Below are positions 37,958-46,809 of a DNA stretch of 48,571 nt, piece by piece. The stretch is taken from contig RDNZ01000020.1 of NCBI GenBank assembly GCA_011364905.1, positions 1-48,571 of the forward strand, written 5' to 3'. The notes under the pieces are model-generated. The model saw only the letters and a program-made list of their open reading frames with translations, ran no database searches and was not told the origin of the DNA. Source of the stretch: Candidatus Thorarchaeota archaeon (GTDB lineage Archaea > Asgardarchaeota > Thorarchaeia > Thorarchaeales > Thorarchaeaceae). A program made the translations under genes and the position numbers. Position 1 is the first letter of the stretch. Every line of letters begins with the position of its first letter.

Positions 37958-38587
37958 ATGAACGAAGTGACTGTTGCAATACTAGCTGGAGGGACCTCTA
38001 AGAGATTTGGCTCAGAAAAGGCCTTTGCAGAGTTCCATGGAAAACCACTCATCAGTCATATGATTGATGTGGCTCGCAAGATCTCATCTGAAACTATTGT
38101 TGTTGTGTCGGACAAGACTCAGAGTAACAAACTGGCTGAACTCATCAAGGGTGTCCGAATAGTTGCGGATCCCCCAGGCAGTATCAAGTGTGCTCTTGTG
38201 GGAGCATTGACAGCTTTTGAGTTTACATCAACTCCCTACGTCTTGCTTCTTCCGGTTGATACACCCCTTGCTAGTATTGATCTATTGAGAGTTTTAGTTG
38301 AGATGAGTCCCGGACACGGGGCCATCGTGCCTTCATGGCCATCAGGGTACATAGAACCACTTCATTCAGTTTACAAAGCAGAGCACGCATACTCCCACGG
38401 ACTCAAAGTGATGGAAACGGGTCGCCATAAGATGAGCGATATGCTTGATGCGCTTCAAAATGTGCTCTTCGTGTCCACGGAAACCCTCAAGCAGTTCGAT
38501 CCTGACCTGACCACCTTTGCAAATTTCAACACACTAGAGGAACTAAAGACCGCTGAAAGAAAAAGTTCCATAAAACGTGGCCATTAG
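37958..38587 (+). CDS. mobA: Molybdenum cofactor guanylyltransferase
   Basis: AILAGGTSKRFGSEKA, PVDTP, EPLHSVY, NFNT.EEL; start re-called at MNEV. Confidence 0.92.
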   Translation: MNEVTVAILAGGTSKRFGSEKAFAEFHGKPLISHMIDVARKISSETIVVVSDKTQSNKLAELIKGVRIVADPPGSIKCALVGALTAFEFTSTPYVLLLPVDTPLASIDLLRVLVEMSPGHGAIVPSWPSGYIEPLHSVYKAEHAYSHGLKVMETGRHKMSDMLDALQNVLFVSTETLKQFDPDLTTFANFNTLEELKTAERKSSIKRGH

Positions 38588-39666
38588 TCCATCGTGTATT
38601 CATGCCTGATTCTACATGTCCCCTCATGCCCCACCATGCATGGTCCGTAGGGGTCTTCTGGAGTACATCTTGTCCCAAAGAGCGAACACTCCAAGGGGTC
38701 AGTCATACCAAGGATGACTTCATGGCATCGGCAGCCTGGCAGAATATCCACTGACTCTGTTTCAGGAATCTCGAAGCGCAACCTAGCATCATGTTCAGCC
38801 AACTCTTTCTTGATGTAGTATCCCGATTTCTTGATGATGCCAAGTCCTCTCCAAGGTGCATCATCTATGCGAAAGGCCTGAGCCAAGACTCTCTGTGCCG
38901 CAAGATTGCCTTCAGGTTTCACAACTCGAGTATACTCGTTCTCAGAGTCTGCACGACCTTCCTGTATCTGCTTAAGGATCATCCGAATTGACTCCAGGAC
39001 ATCAAGAGGCTCAAAGCCTGCTGCCACACATGGAACACGATGTTTCTCTGCAAATGGCTGAAAGGCAGAAGAGCCAATTATTGTCGACACATGCCCGGGA
39101 GTGATAAAGCCATCCACTCCAAATCCTTCGATATTCACGAGAATCTCCATAGCAGGTGGAATAACTTTGAGTGATGTTAATATTGAAAAGTTGGAGGGTG
39201 GTTTTCCAAGAAGTTCAAGAGCAATCGTCGGGGCCGTGGTTTCAAAGCCGACACCAACAAAGACTACCTCTCTATCAGGATTGTCCCGTGCAATCGAGAC
39301 GGCATCGCTGGCACCATAGACAACTCGGACATCAGCTCCATTAGATCGTTCTTTCGCCAATGTGGAATTGGTTGCTGGAACTCTGACCATATCTCCAAAG
39401 GTCGTGATAATGTGGCCTTTTCGAGATAGTTCAATGGCCATATCGACATCTTTTGCTGCGCAAACGCAGACCGGGCAGCCCGGTCCGGCAACTAGTTTGA
39501 TTGAATCTGGGAGCAGAGAACGCACACCATGCTGGCTTATTGTATCCTCGTGAGTTCCACAAACATGGACAATTCTGATATTGCGCCCGTCGACTAGTGA
39601 AGAGATTTCGTTCACAATAGCTTGAGCATATCTTGCATCACGAAATCCCGTAGATTGTTTCATCAA
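38584..39666 (-). CDS. hypD: Hydrogenase maturation protein HypD
   Basis: HVCGTHE, GPGCPVCV, GFETTAP, PGHVS, GFEP, C.C..C..FG..CTP..PYGPCMV..EGTC. Confidence 0.97.
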   Translation of the reverse strand: MMKQSTGFRDARYAQAIVNEISSLVDGRNIRIVHVCGTHEDTISQHGVRSLLPDSIKLVAGPGCPVCVCAAKDVDMAIELSRKGHIITTFGDMVRVPATNSTLAKERSNGADVRVVYGASDAVSIARDNPDREVVFVGVGFETTAPTIALELLGKPPSNFSILTSLKVIPPAMEILVNIEGFGVDGFITPGHVSTIIGSSAFQPFAEKHRVPCVAAGFEPLDVLESIRMILKQIQEGRADSENEYTRVVKPEGNLAAQRVLAQAFRIDDAPWRGLGIIKKSGYYIKKELAEHDARLRFEIPETESVDILPGCRCHEVILGMTDPLECSLFGTRCTPEDPYGPCMVGHEGTCRIRHEYTMD

Positions 39667-39727
39667 ACTTCAATCCAACCTGAGATGGACTCGTTTCGCA
39701 TAAAAGTGCAGATGTGTAACGAAAATG

Positions 39728-40006
39728 CTAGTCGTTTTCACGCGCATCAAGAATTGCCAGAGCTTCTCCGAGTGTGATGGAAAGTCTACTTGCTAGTTCT
39801 CTTGCTGTTATATTGGGGTTGTCAGGCAAAATGTAGTTCTGAGCGTATCCCGCGTTCCCGGCAAAAAGTGGATTGCTTTTGGCAGTTTCAATCAGAAGAG
39901 AATACAACGGATGACCTTTGAAATCTGCAACATTGATATCAATGAGTTTACTTGACTCCTTCTTAGTCGCCCTGGACTTTCTAGGTGTTTTCTTGGAGTC
40001 GGTCAT
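39728..40006 (-). CDS. Hypothetical protein with basic N-terminus and HTH-like C-terminus
   Basis: Start re-called at MTDSKK (GGAG RBS); NPNITARELASRLSITLGEA. Confidence 0.6.
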   Translation of the reverse strand: MTDSKKTPRKSRATKKESSKLIDINVADFKGHPLYSLLIETAKSNPLFAGNAGYAQNYILPDNPNITARELASRLSITLGEALAILDAREND

Positions 40007-40270
40007 TATGTCTCCTGTATGTTTTGTGAGTTTCATTTGCTTCAAGATGGCGTCCCTGCCTGAATTTCCCGGCGAGGCCTACGAAGCTGTAGGCTCATTA
40101 TAAGACTCTCGAAGGTGTGATATAAGCCTTGGGGAATTGCTACAAGGTATGTCCATTATCACTCTAGAAAGGCATTAATGCTCATTATAGATGGCGCCTT
40201 TCCTGCGTAGTAAGGTTTAACTGGAACTATCAGAAGGAGTTCAAAGTGAACAATACCCCATGGGTTATGA

Positions 40271-40582
40271 ATGGAGAATATACTATTGCCTCAAGGCATT
40301 CGAAGAATAGTTCTTGATGTACTCAAGCCCCACAGCCCCCGTCTTACTGATCTTTCATTAATGCTCGCAAGAGATGATCGTGTCAATGGGCTGAACATCA
40401 CACTAAAAGAAGTCGACCAAAACACTGAGAGCATCACCATTACGCTCGAAGGAGATGATCTCAATTTTGACGCAATCAAGGAAATTTTGGAGCAAGCAGG
40501 AGCCGTAATTCATTCGATTGACCAGGTTGTCGCTGGAAAACGGTTTGTTGAAGAGGTCCCTCTACAACCAGAGAATTCCTGA
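40271..40582 (+). CDS. DUF211 family protein
   Basis: IRRIVLDVLKPH.P, G.NIT..EVD..TE, GAVIHSIDQVVAG. Confidence 0.9.
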   Translation: MENILLPQGIRRIVLDVLKPHSPRLTDLSLMLARDDRVNGLNITLKEVDQNTESITITLEGDDLNFDAIKEILEQAGAVIHSIDQVVAGKRFVEEVPLQPENS

Positions 40583-40590
40583 TCCCAATC

Positions 40591-41244
40591 CTACTTGCGG
40601 GAGATTTGATCGCTGAGTTTCTTGCTCTCCTCCTCGATCTTTCGCCGCACCAGATTGTGAATGTCTTGCTCAAAGACCCTTGGTACAATCTTTACAACAT
40701 TACAGAGCCTATCAACAATGTTGTCCGCCAGTTTTGAATACGAAGGAGGACTATGCGTGATGATACCACGCACAACAACCTCACCAACACTCGCACTGAC
40801 AACCGAGTCCAAAACACTGGCAATAATACCTTGAGGATCCATGAAAAAGGGAAGATGTGCGTTGTCATGCAGCGTGATGAAATTCAACTTCTCGGAGATG
40901 CTTTCGGTATACCACTCAAGACTTGTTTCTTTCATCCTGAGTTTGCTAGCAAACTCTGTCTTAGTGAGAGGGTTAGGATGACTCCAAGGATGCCGTGTCA
41001 CCATATATAGAGCAGCGGCAAAAAAGGGGTCCACCTCGCGAGGGGTTCCTTCTTTTGAAACAAACCTACGAATGAGATCAAGCGCCATATTCTCATAACG
41101 CTCGTCCACCTTGTTTTGAATATAATACTCATGAGCATCTCGAATTACTTTGACGATTAGCTGTGGACTCACGGCCAAGTGCTCATCGTCAAAGTGTGAA
41201 ACCATTGCCTCCGCTCCAAGATCTTTCCGTGAACAAAACGACAC
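40591..41244 (-). CDS. Hypothetical protein with one TFIIB/cyclin-repeat-like segment
   Basis: DPFFAAALYMVTR..PLTKTEFASKLRMKETSL resembles the TFB repeat helices. Confidence 0.6.
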   Translation of the reverse strand: MSFCSRKDLGAEAMVSHFDDEHLAVSPQLIVKVIRDAHEYYIQNKVDERYENMALDLIRRFVSKEGTPREVDPFFAAALYMVTRHPWSHPNPLTKTEFASKLRMKETSLEWYTESISEKLNFITLHDNAHLPFFMDPQGIIASVLDSVVSASVGEVVVRGIITHSPPSYSKLADNIVDRLCNVVKIVPRVFEQDIHNLVRRKIEEESKKLSDQISRK

Positions 41245-41318
41245 TTAAAGTGCAGAGACTCTTTCGCAGTATTTGACTCTTTTGCAATAGAAGGAGAGGT
41301 GGGGAAAGATTCGCGCCT

Positions 41319-41921
41319 TTATCGTGCGCGATAGATTTTTTCTAATGTCCATCGAAGAGTTCGCTGGATCTCATCCAATCTTGATTCTTCTCCAAAGTTC
41401 TTAATCACAATCTCATCAAGGATTTTATCCTCAGATTTGACTTCAAAGTCAAAGGCATCATCCCATTCAATCTCGCCACTCTCTACGCGGTGACGGTCTT
41501 CCTGTTGAAATTTCCCGAGTATGTCTTGCACGAAGAATCTGGCAAATGCTCCACGGGTTATGTTGTACACAGCATGATCAGCAGGAATAATCCTCAGATT
41601 TTGTTCAATGACCTCAATTGTTGCGAGCTCCAAGTCACCGGATTTGTTCAACACAACAATGTTCCGTGGCTCACCTGAAGCTGCCAAAGCTTCAGTGGGA
41701 GTCCCCGTAGTAACGCCCATTGCTACATCCGCAGTAGCAAAACTTCCTTTACCTATGGTTGAATCCAACGCTTCAATGAATTCTTCTAGCTGCTCAACTC
41801 GCTCCCTAAGTCGATCTAACTCTTCGCCAAGCTGGGTTCGAAGATCCAATAGCACACGAATCTCGGGATTTGACACAACATACACCAACGTATTACGCGG
41901 ATACTCCGAAGAGGCGTCCAA
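41319..41921 (-). CDS. Hypothetical protein with N-terminal coiled coil
   Basis: 200 aa, LRTQLGEELDRLRERVEQLEEFIEALD; C-terminal IKNFGEESRLDEI..LRWTLEK. Start uncertain. Confidence 0.7.
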   Translation of the reverse strand: MDASSEYPRNTLVYVVSNPEIRVLLDLRTQLGEELDRLRERVEQLEEFIEALDSTIGKGSFATADVAMGVTTGTPTEALAASGEPRNIVVLNKSGDLELATIEVIEQNLRIIPADHAVYNITRGAFARFFVQDILGKFQQEDRHRVESGEIEWDDAFDFEVKSEDKILDEIVIKNFGEESRLDEIQRTLRWTLEKIYRAR

Positions 41922-42008
41922 TACTATATGTTTGATTGTATTATTAGAACTCGTTGATTATTGGTTCTCTCGGAGCTATTGAGTGAATTGATTGGATAAC
42001 AAAACAGG

Positions 42009-42233
42009 TCATTCATCAATTGCTACGACCGAGATGGCAAAATCTGGACATTCCATTTCACAAAGTTTGCAGACCCGACACGCATCAATATCAATGACCT
42101 TGGGAAGAAAGAACCCGCGATTATCAACCACTTCAGTTTTTTCCAAAACACCGTGAGGGCATACAGATATACAGATATCACAACCCTTACAGAGCTTCGG
42201 GTCAATAACGATTGATTTGGCTTTCTTCGCCAT
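42009..42233 (-). CDS. 2x[4Fe-4S] ferredoxin (2-oxoacid oxidoreductase delta-subunit-like)
   Basis: CKGCDICISVCP, CRVCKLCEMECPDFAI. Confidence 0.92.
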   Translation of the reverse strand: MAKKAKSIVIDPKLCKGCDICISVCPHGVLEKTEVVDNRGFFLPKVIDIDACRVCKLCEMECPDFAISVVAIDE

Positions 42234-42346
42234 AGTATGAGGCTCCGACTCAAGTCGGGCTCGAAAGGCGATATAACCATATTCATCTGAACGTACAGGG
42301 GAGCATTAAATACCATCAAACAAGACATTTCAGCAGGTGTCACGTA

Positions 42347-43060
42347 TTGAAGCCATTCTTAGTGTTCATGTGCCCAAAGTGCAGAAACTTCACAAACGCA
42401 CCAGTTGGGCAGAAAAGAAGACGGTGTAGTTACTGTGGGACTATTATTGACATTTCAAAAGCCGCATCCGCCATTTTTGACACACCCGAAACAGCATCTT
42501 TGGCTGTCAAGGAGTTCAATGCCTCTCGAGGAGGAGATGAATTTGAGAGAGCAGTTGAGAAGTCAAGAGAACGTATTCTCGCACTTCTTCCCAAACAACG
42601 AGTGAGTGCTGAAGAAATCTCAAGTGGAAATGACAGGGCGAGACCACCAGGTATGCGAAAACGCCTCATGAAGCTTCTTCATAGTGAGGCGAGTACACGG
42701 CCCTGTTCCCTTGATCGTATTGAAGAACTATGTCCAGATTATGGGTTGGACTGGAAATGGGTAGAAGGGCAACTGGAGAACCTCTCAAATGATGGAACTC
42801 TGGTATTCCCACGACCTTGGTCTGTACAGCTGGTGGCGACGGATAGATTGCCCAAGTCTAAGGAGATCGTCACCAAGGATGTCACCAATGAGATTCTCGA
42901 GATTCTTCAACTCTCTGAAGAGATGACAAGTGTGAATGACATAAAGGAGAAGTTGAGTGAAAAGGGAATCTCAGAAAACTCAATAGAAACATCTCTGGAG
43001 AAACTAATGCAAAAGGGTGAAATCTTCGAACCAAAGAGTGGATTTGTCAGTTTGGTATGA
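42347..43060 (+). CDS. Zn-ribbon (DUF1922-like) protein with winged-helix domains
   Basis: CPKC..CSYCG; two WH-like ends (LSNDGTLVFPRP, LMQKGEIFEPKSG). Confidence 0.7.
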   Translation: MKPFLVFMCPKCRNFTNAPVGQKRRRCSYCGTIIDISKAASAIFDTPETASLAVKEFNASRGGDEFERAVEKSRERILALLPKQRVSAEEISSGNDRARPPGMRKRLMKLLHSEASTRPCSLDRIEELCPDYGLDWKWVEGQLENLSNDGTLVFPRPWSVQLVATDRLPKSKEIVTKDVTNEILEILQLSEEMTSVNDIKEKLSEKGISENSIETSLEKLMQKGEIFEPKSGFVSLV

Positions 43061-43109
43061 TGGTTTCGATTAGTTGAATAGGGCTCACGTAGAAGGGATT
43101 CTGAGAATC

Positions 43110-43499
43110 ATGCCCATTGTAGAACTTGTGGCCAAGAAAACACTAGAGCTCAACCCAGACATTGGTCTCGACGTTGTCGATTTGATAGTCCTACTCTGGA
43201 TGTATTCCAATCCCTATGATAACAACCGACGCCAGCTGAGCTCTATGCGCAATGTTCTCAAAATGAGCGAAACCCTCCAGGTCCCAGGTGGGGGTTTGGA
43301 TGTCACAGAGGATGAGCTTACTCAGATCGTTCTGAAGAGTCTTCAGAAGCTGAAGAAGAGAAATCTGGTGTATATCCGGTCTGCAGGAATTCATTATGTC
43401 AAGGGGACACTTACTGAGACAGGTGTTGAACTTGTGAGGAGATCAATAAAGACACCTGTTTTGAAACGTGTCACAGCAGAATTCGGGGACAACCCCTGA
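43110..43499 (+). CDS. Winged-helix hypothetical protein
   Basis: SLQKLKKRNLV..GTLTETGVELV; start re-called at MPIVEL. Confidence 0.6.
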   Translation: MPIVELVAKKTLELNPDIGLDVVDLIVLLWMYSNPYDNNRRQLSSMRNVLKMSETLQVPGGGLDVTEDELTQIVLKSLQKLKKRNLVYIRSAGIHYVKGTLTETGVELVRRSIKTPVLKRVTAEFGDNP

Positions 43500-43545
43500 G
43501 ATTGGAAAGTAAATTCGGACAAGTGACAACGTTTAAATGTAAAAT

Positions 43546-43741
43546 CACTCCGGACCGGACTGCTGCTCAGAGAAGCAGCTGTTTCAGAACCAAAGGAAGC
43601 AGTGCAGACAACTAGTTCTGCTCGCGAGAACAGTCTGTAGACGTGTGCCGTACGGTTCTGGAGTGGCTTGCGTAGCGCAGTGATGACTTTACAGCTTACA
43701 GGGTAGGCTAGAAGAAGTCTGCATAGCGGAAGTGAGGCATT
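43546..43741 (+). ncRNA. Candidate structured leader RNA upstream of the uL22 operon
   Basis: At least 6 helices within about 190 nt of non-coding DNA (see findings). Confidence 0.45.
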
Positions 43742-44206
43742 ATGCCATCATATGGATATTCAATCATAGGCGTTGACCCGGATAGAACATCCTTAGCCAG
43801 TGGAAGGAATATGCGGGTTTCCCCAAAACAATGCAGAGAGGTCTGTAATCAAATTCAGGGAATGATGCTGGACAAGGCCATAGATCTCCTCGAACTAGTA
43901 ATTGATGAGAAGGCCTGGATTCCATATAGACGCCATAGGAAGACGAGAGGGCATCATTCTGGAATGAAGAAGTGGCCAGCTGGCGGTCATCCTGTTAAGG
44001 CTTCAAAACAAATCCTAAAGATCTTGAAGAACGCTGAGGCAAATGCTGACAGCAAAGGTCTCGACATCGACCGCCTCAGGGTTGTTCATGCTGCAACTCA
44101 ACGGGGTCGGAGTTACAAGAAATACATCGAACGAGCATTTGGTAAAAGTACACCATACTTCGAGGTCACTTCCCACGTAGAGATTGTATTGGAAGAGGTG
44201 AGTTAA
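43742..44206 (+). CDS. rpl22: 50S ribosomal protein uL22
   Basis: RVSPK, WPAGGHPVKA..ILKNAEANA, RAFG, SHVEIVL. Confidence 0.97.
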   Translation: MPSYGYSIIGVDPDRTSLASGRNMRVSPKQCREVCNQIQGMMLDKAIDLLELVIDEKAWIPYRRHRKTRGHHSGMKKWPAGGHPVKASKQILKILKNAEANADSKGLDIDRLRVVHAATQRGRSYKKYIERAFGKSTPYFEVTSHVEIVLEEVS

Positions 44207-45118
44207 ATGTCAGCTGTAAAATACTTCATAGAACAGAATTCGCGTCGACTGGCTATTGACGAGTTTCTATCAAGCGAACTCAATGCGGCAGGCTATGGGG
44301 GTGTAGAGATTAGAAAGATGCCCATGAAGACCGAAGTCGTGATTCATGCTTCAAGGCCAGGGGTCGTGATTGGTCGCCGCGGAGCTAAGATTAGGGAACT
44401 CACCTATATTCTTGAGAATGAGTTTGGCATAGAGAATGTTCAGCTTGAAGTTTCTGAGATTGAAAATCCATGGCTAGATGCAGCTGTGATGGCTTCACGA
44501 CTTGCGCGGCAACTAGAAAGAGGAGTCCGCTTCCGCAGAATGGCATATTGGATCCTTAGGCGAGTAATGAGAGCCGGTGCCCTGGGCTGTGAGATTATTG
44601 TGAAAGGCAAGCTGTCAAGTAGAAGAGCCCGCTACCAGAAATTCAAACAGGGCAACATAGCAAAGACGGGAGAACCCGCAAGCATCTTCGTGGATCATGC
44701 AAATGACAATGCCGTTTTGAAACCAGGGGTCATTGGAATATCAGTCAGTATCATGAGACCTGAGGCCAAACTTCCTGGTGTTATCAATATCAAACCACCA
44801 AAGCCGAAGAAGAAGGAAGAGATTGAGCTCGTCAAGAAGCCTGAAGAAGAAGAAGGCGAGGCGGCAGAGGCAGTTGAGGAAGCGCTTGAAGGAATCACTG
44901 ACATCGAAGAGCTTCGCGAACTCGAGGAGCTCGACGGCTTAGAACTGGTTGAAGAACCACTTGAGGTAGAGAAGGAGACGCCTTCTAAGAAAGAGGAGAA
45001 AGAAGCCCCCAAGGAGGAAAAGCCTGTGCCTGAAGACAAGTCCGATGAGCCAGTTGAAGAGACAATTCTAGAGGACCTCGAGGAATTGGATTCATTGGAT
45101 GATGGAGGTGCAGAGTAG
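44207..45118 (+). CDS. rps3: 30S ribosomal protein uS3 with long acidic C-terminal tail
   Basis: AGYGG, RPGVVIGRRG, LERGVRFRR, GCEIIVKGKL. Confidence 0.97.
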   Translation: MSAVKYFIEQNSRRLAIDEFLSSELNAAGYGGVEIRKMPMKTEVVIHASRPGVVIGRRGAKIRELTYILENEFGIENVQLEVSEIENPWLDAAVMASRLARQLERGVRFRRMAYWILRRVMRAGALGCEIIVKGKLSSRRARYQKFKQGNIAKTGEPASIFVDHANDNAVLKPGVIGISVSIMRPEAKLPGVINIKPPKPKKKEEIELVKKPEEEEGEAAEAVEEALEGITDIEELRELEELDGLELVEEPLEVEKETPSKKEEKEAPKEEKPVPEDKSDEPVEETILEDLEELDSLDDGGAE

Positions 45119-45330
45119 TGCCAGGAATGAATGCCAAAGAGATCCGAAAACTGACTGCTGCAGAGCGTAAGAAGAAGCTCGATGATCTGTATAATGAGAT
45201 GTCCACCATCAGAATTGAATCAGCCACTGGTGGTGGCACTGAGAATCCCTACAGGATTCGCAATGTGAGAAAGGCAATTGCTAGAATCCTCACAATCGAA
45301 CATGAAAAAGAGATGGAGGAATCAGAGTGA
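45118..45330 (+). CDS. rpl29: 50S ribosomal protein uL29
   Basis: EIRKL, ENPYRIRNVRKAIARILT. Confidence 0.95.
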   Translation: MPGMNAKEIRKLTAAERKKKLDDLYNEMSTIRIESATGGGTENPYRIRNVRKAIARILTIEHEKEMEESE

Positions 45331-45611
45331 GAATAACTCCCCATAATATTGCAAAGCATGAGCTCGTGGGACTCTCAATACACATAGTCGATTCAAAAGA
45401 CCCAAGTCATGTGTGCAGACAAGGCACCATCTTAAACGAATCCCGAGAGATGTTCCAAATTCGCACCAAGCGGGGGGTCGTGAAAATCCCAAAGGGAGCA
45501 TGTGTCTTTGACATGACTCTCCCTGATAATACAGTAGTCCGAATCGATGGAGGACTACTCAGGGGAAGGCCAGAAGACAGGATGAAGAAGCGTACCATCA
45601 GGAGCTGGTAA
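45327..45611 (+). CDS. rnp1: Ribonuclease P protein component 1 (Rpp29)
   Basis: ITPHNI.HELVGL, IPK, G.LL.GRPEDR; canonical operon position. Confidence 0.93.
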   Translation: MRITPHNIAKHELVGLSIHIVDSKDPSHVCRQGTILNESREMFQIRTKRGVVKIPKGACVFDMTLPDNTVVRIDGGLLRGRPEDRMKKRTIRSW

Positions 45612-45613
45612 AT

Positions 45614-45982
45614 ATGGCTGACAAGAAAAGCAAAGTCCGAAACATTGGCATCCCAAACGTGGAGCCTCCTGAGAAATCCTGTGATGATGCTCACTGCCCA
45701 TTTCATGGCAAACTTGCAGTAAGAGGTCACATCATGGAGGGGATAGTTGTTAGTACTATGATGCACAAGACGATTGTCATCCGGTCTGACTTTCTCAGTC
45801 TAATCAAGAAGTATGCCCGCTATGAGCGCCGAAGATCAAAGAAACTTGCCCACCTACCTCCATGCATCGAAGTGAAAGTTGGTGATACGGTCAAAGTTGT
45901 GGAGTGCCGACCACTTAGCAAGAATGTATCGAGTGTGGTTGTGGCAGCCATACCAGCAGAACAAGGAGCAAAGGAGGAGTAG
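45614..45982 (+). CDS. rps17: 30S ribosomal protein uS17
   Basis: CPFHG.L.VRG, KYARYERR, ECRPLSK. Confidence 0.97.
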   Translation: MADKKSKVRNIGIPNVEPPEKSCDDAHCPFHGKLAVRGHIMEGIVVSTMMHKTIVIRSDFLSLIKKYARYERRRSKKLAHLPPCIEVKVGDTVKVVECRPLSKNVSSVVVAAIPAEQGAKEE

Positions 45983-45985
45983 TTT

Positions 45986-46408
45986 GTGTCAAGAAAAGTT
46001 GGAAGAGGAATTAGAAAATTCGTCCCTCGGATAGCACGTGGGCTCCCGGTTGGTGCTACTATCTTGTGTGCTGACAACTCCGGAGCCAAAGAGCTCAAGC
46101 TGATTAACGTCTATGGATACAAGGGTAAACTGAGAAAGCTGGCAAAAGCCGGAGTTGGCGATATGGTCAGTGTTTCAGTCACAAAAGGCAAGCAGGAACT
46201 GAGAAAGCAGGTACTGCAGGCAATAATTGTGAGACAGAGAAAGGCATTCAGAAGGCCAGATGGAACTTGGATGCAGTTTGAGGATAATGCAGCAGTACTG
46301 GTAAAGCCAGGAGGCGAACCTCAAGGCTCTGAGCTGAGAGGACCAATGGCAAGAGAGGTCACTCTGAAGTGGCCTAGAGTAGCCGCTATAGCGTCTAAGA
46401 TTGTGTGA
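45986..46408 (+). CDS. rpl14: 50S ribosomal protein uL14
   Basis: CADNSGAKEL, RQRK..RRPDG..FEDNAAV. Confidence 0.97.
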   Translation: MSRKVGRGIRKFVPRIARGLPVGATILCADNSGAKELKLINVYGYKGKLRKLAKAGVGDMVSVSVTKGKQELRKQVLQAIIVRQRKAFRRPDGTWMQFEDNAAVLVKPGGEPQGSELRGPMAREVTLKWPRVAAIASKIV

Positions 46409-46416
46409 GGGTGTAA

Positions 46417-46809
46417 ATGATGGTAAAGAAACTTAGCTCTATATCACCACGAAAGCAACGTCGGCGTGTGCAGAATGCCACCAATCATGAACGGAAAAAC
46501 CTGCTCAAGTGTAGACTTGATGAGTTTCTTCAGGAGGAGTATGGGCTGCGTTCGCTTGTTGTCAAGAAGGGAGATCTTGTCAGAATCATGAGAGGTCAGT
46601 TCCGTGACACAGAAGGGAAGGTCACCGAAGTCAGCTACAGGAAAGGGGTTGTCTATCTCGACAACGCAACGATAACCAAATCTGATGGGAAAGAAGCCAA
46701 CATACCAATCCATCCATCAAACCTTTTGCTTGTGAAGTTGGAACTGAATGACGAGAGAAAATCCCTCATAGAGAAGAAAGTAATGAAAGTAGCGGAGAGT
46801 GAGGAATAA
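46417..46809 (+). CDS. rpl24: 50S ribosomal protein uL24
   Basis: PRKQR, KGDLVRIMRG, PIHPSN. Confidence 0.96.
   Translation: MMVKKLSSISPRKQRRRVQNATNHERKNLLKCRLDEFLQEEYGLRSLVVKKGDLVRIMRGQFRDTEGKVTEVSYRKGVVYLDNATITKSDGKEANIPIHPSNLLLVKLELNDERKSLIEKKVMKVAESEE

Noticed and set aside
43546-43741. RNase P RNA, SRP RNA or 5S rRNA
   Set aside because: It lacks the RNase P GAGGAAAGUCC motif, the SRP helix-8 motif and 5S consensus features.
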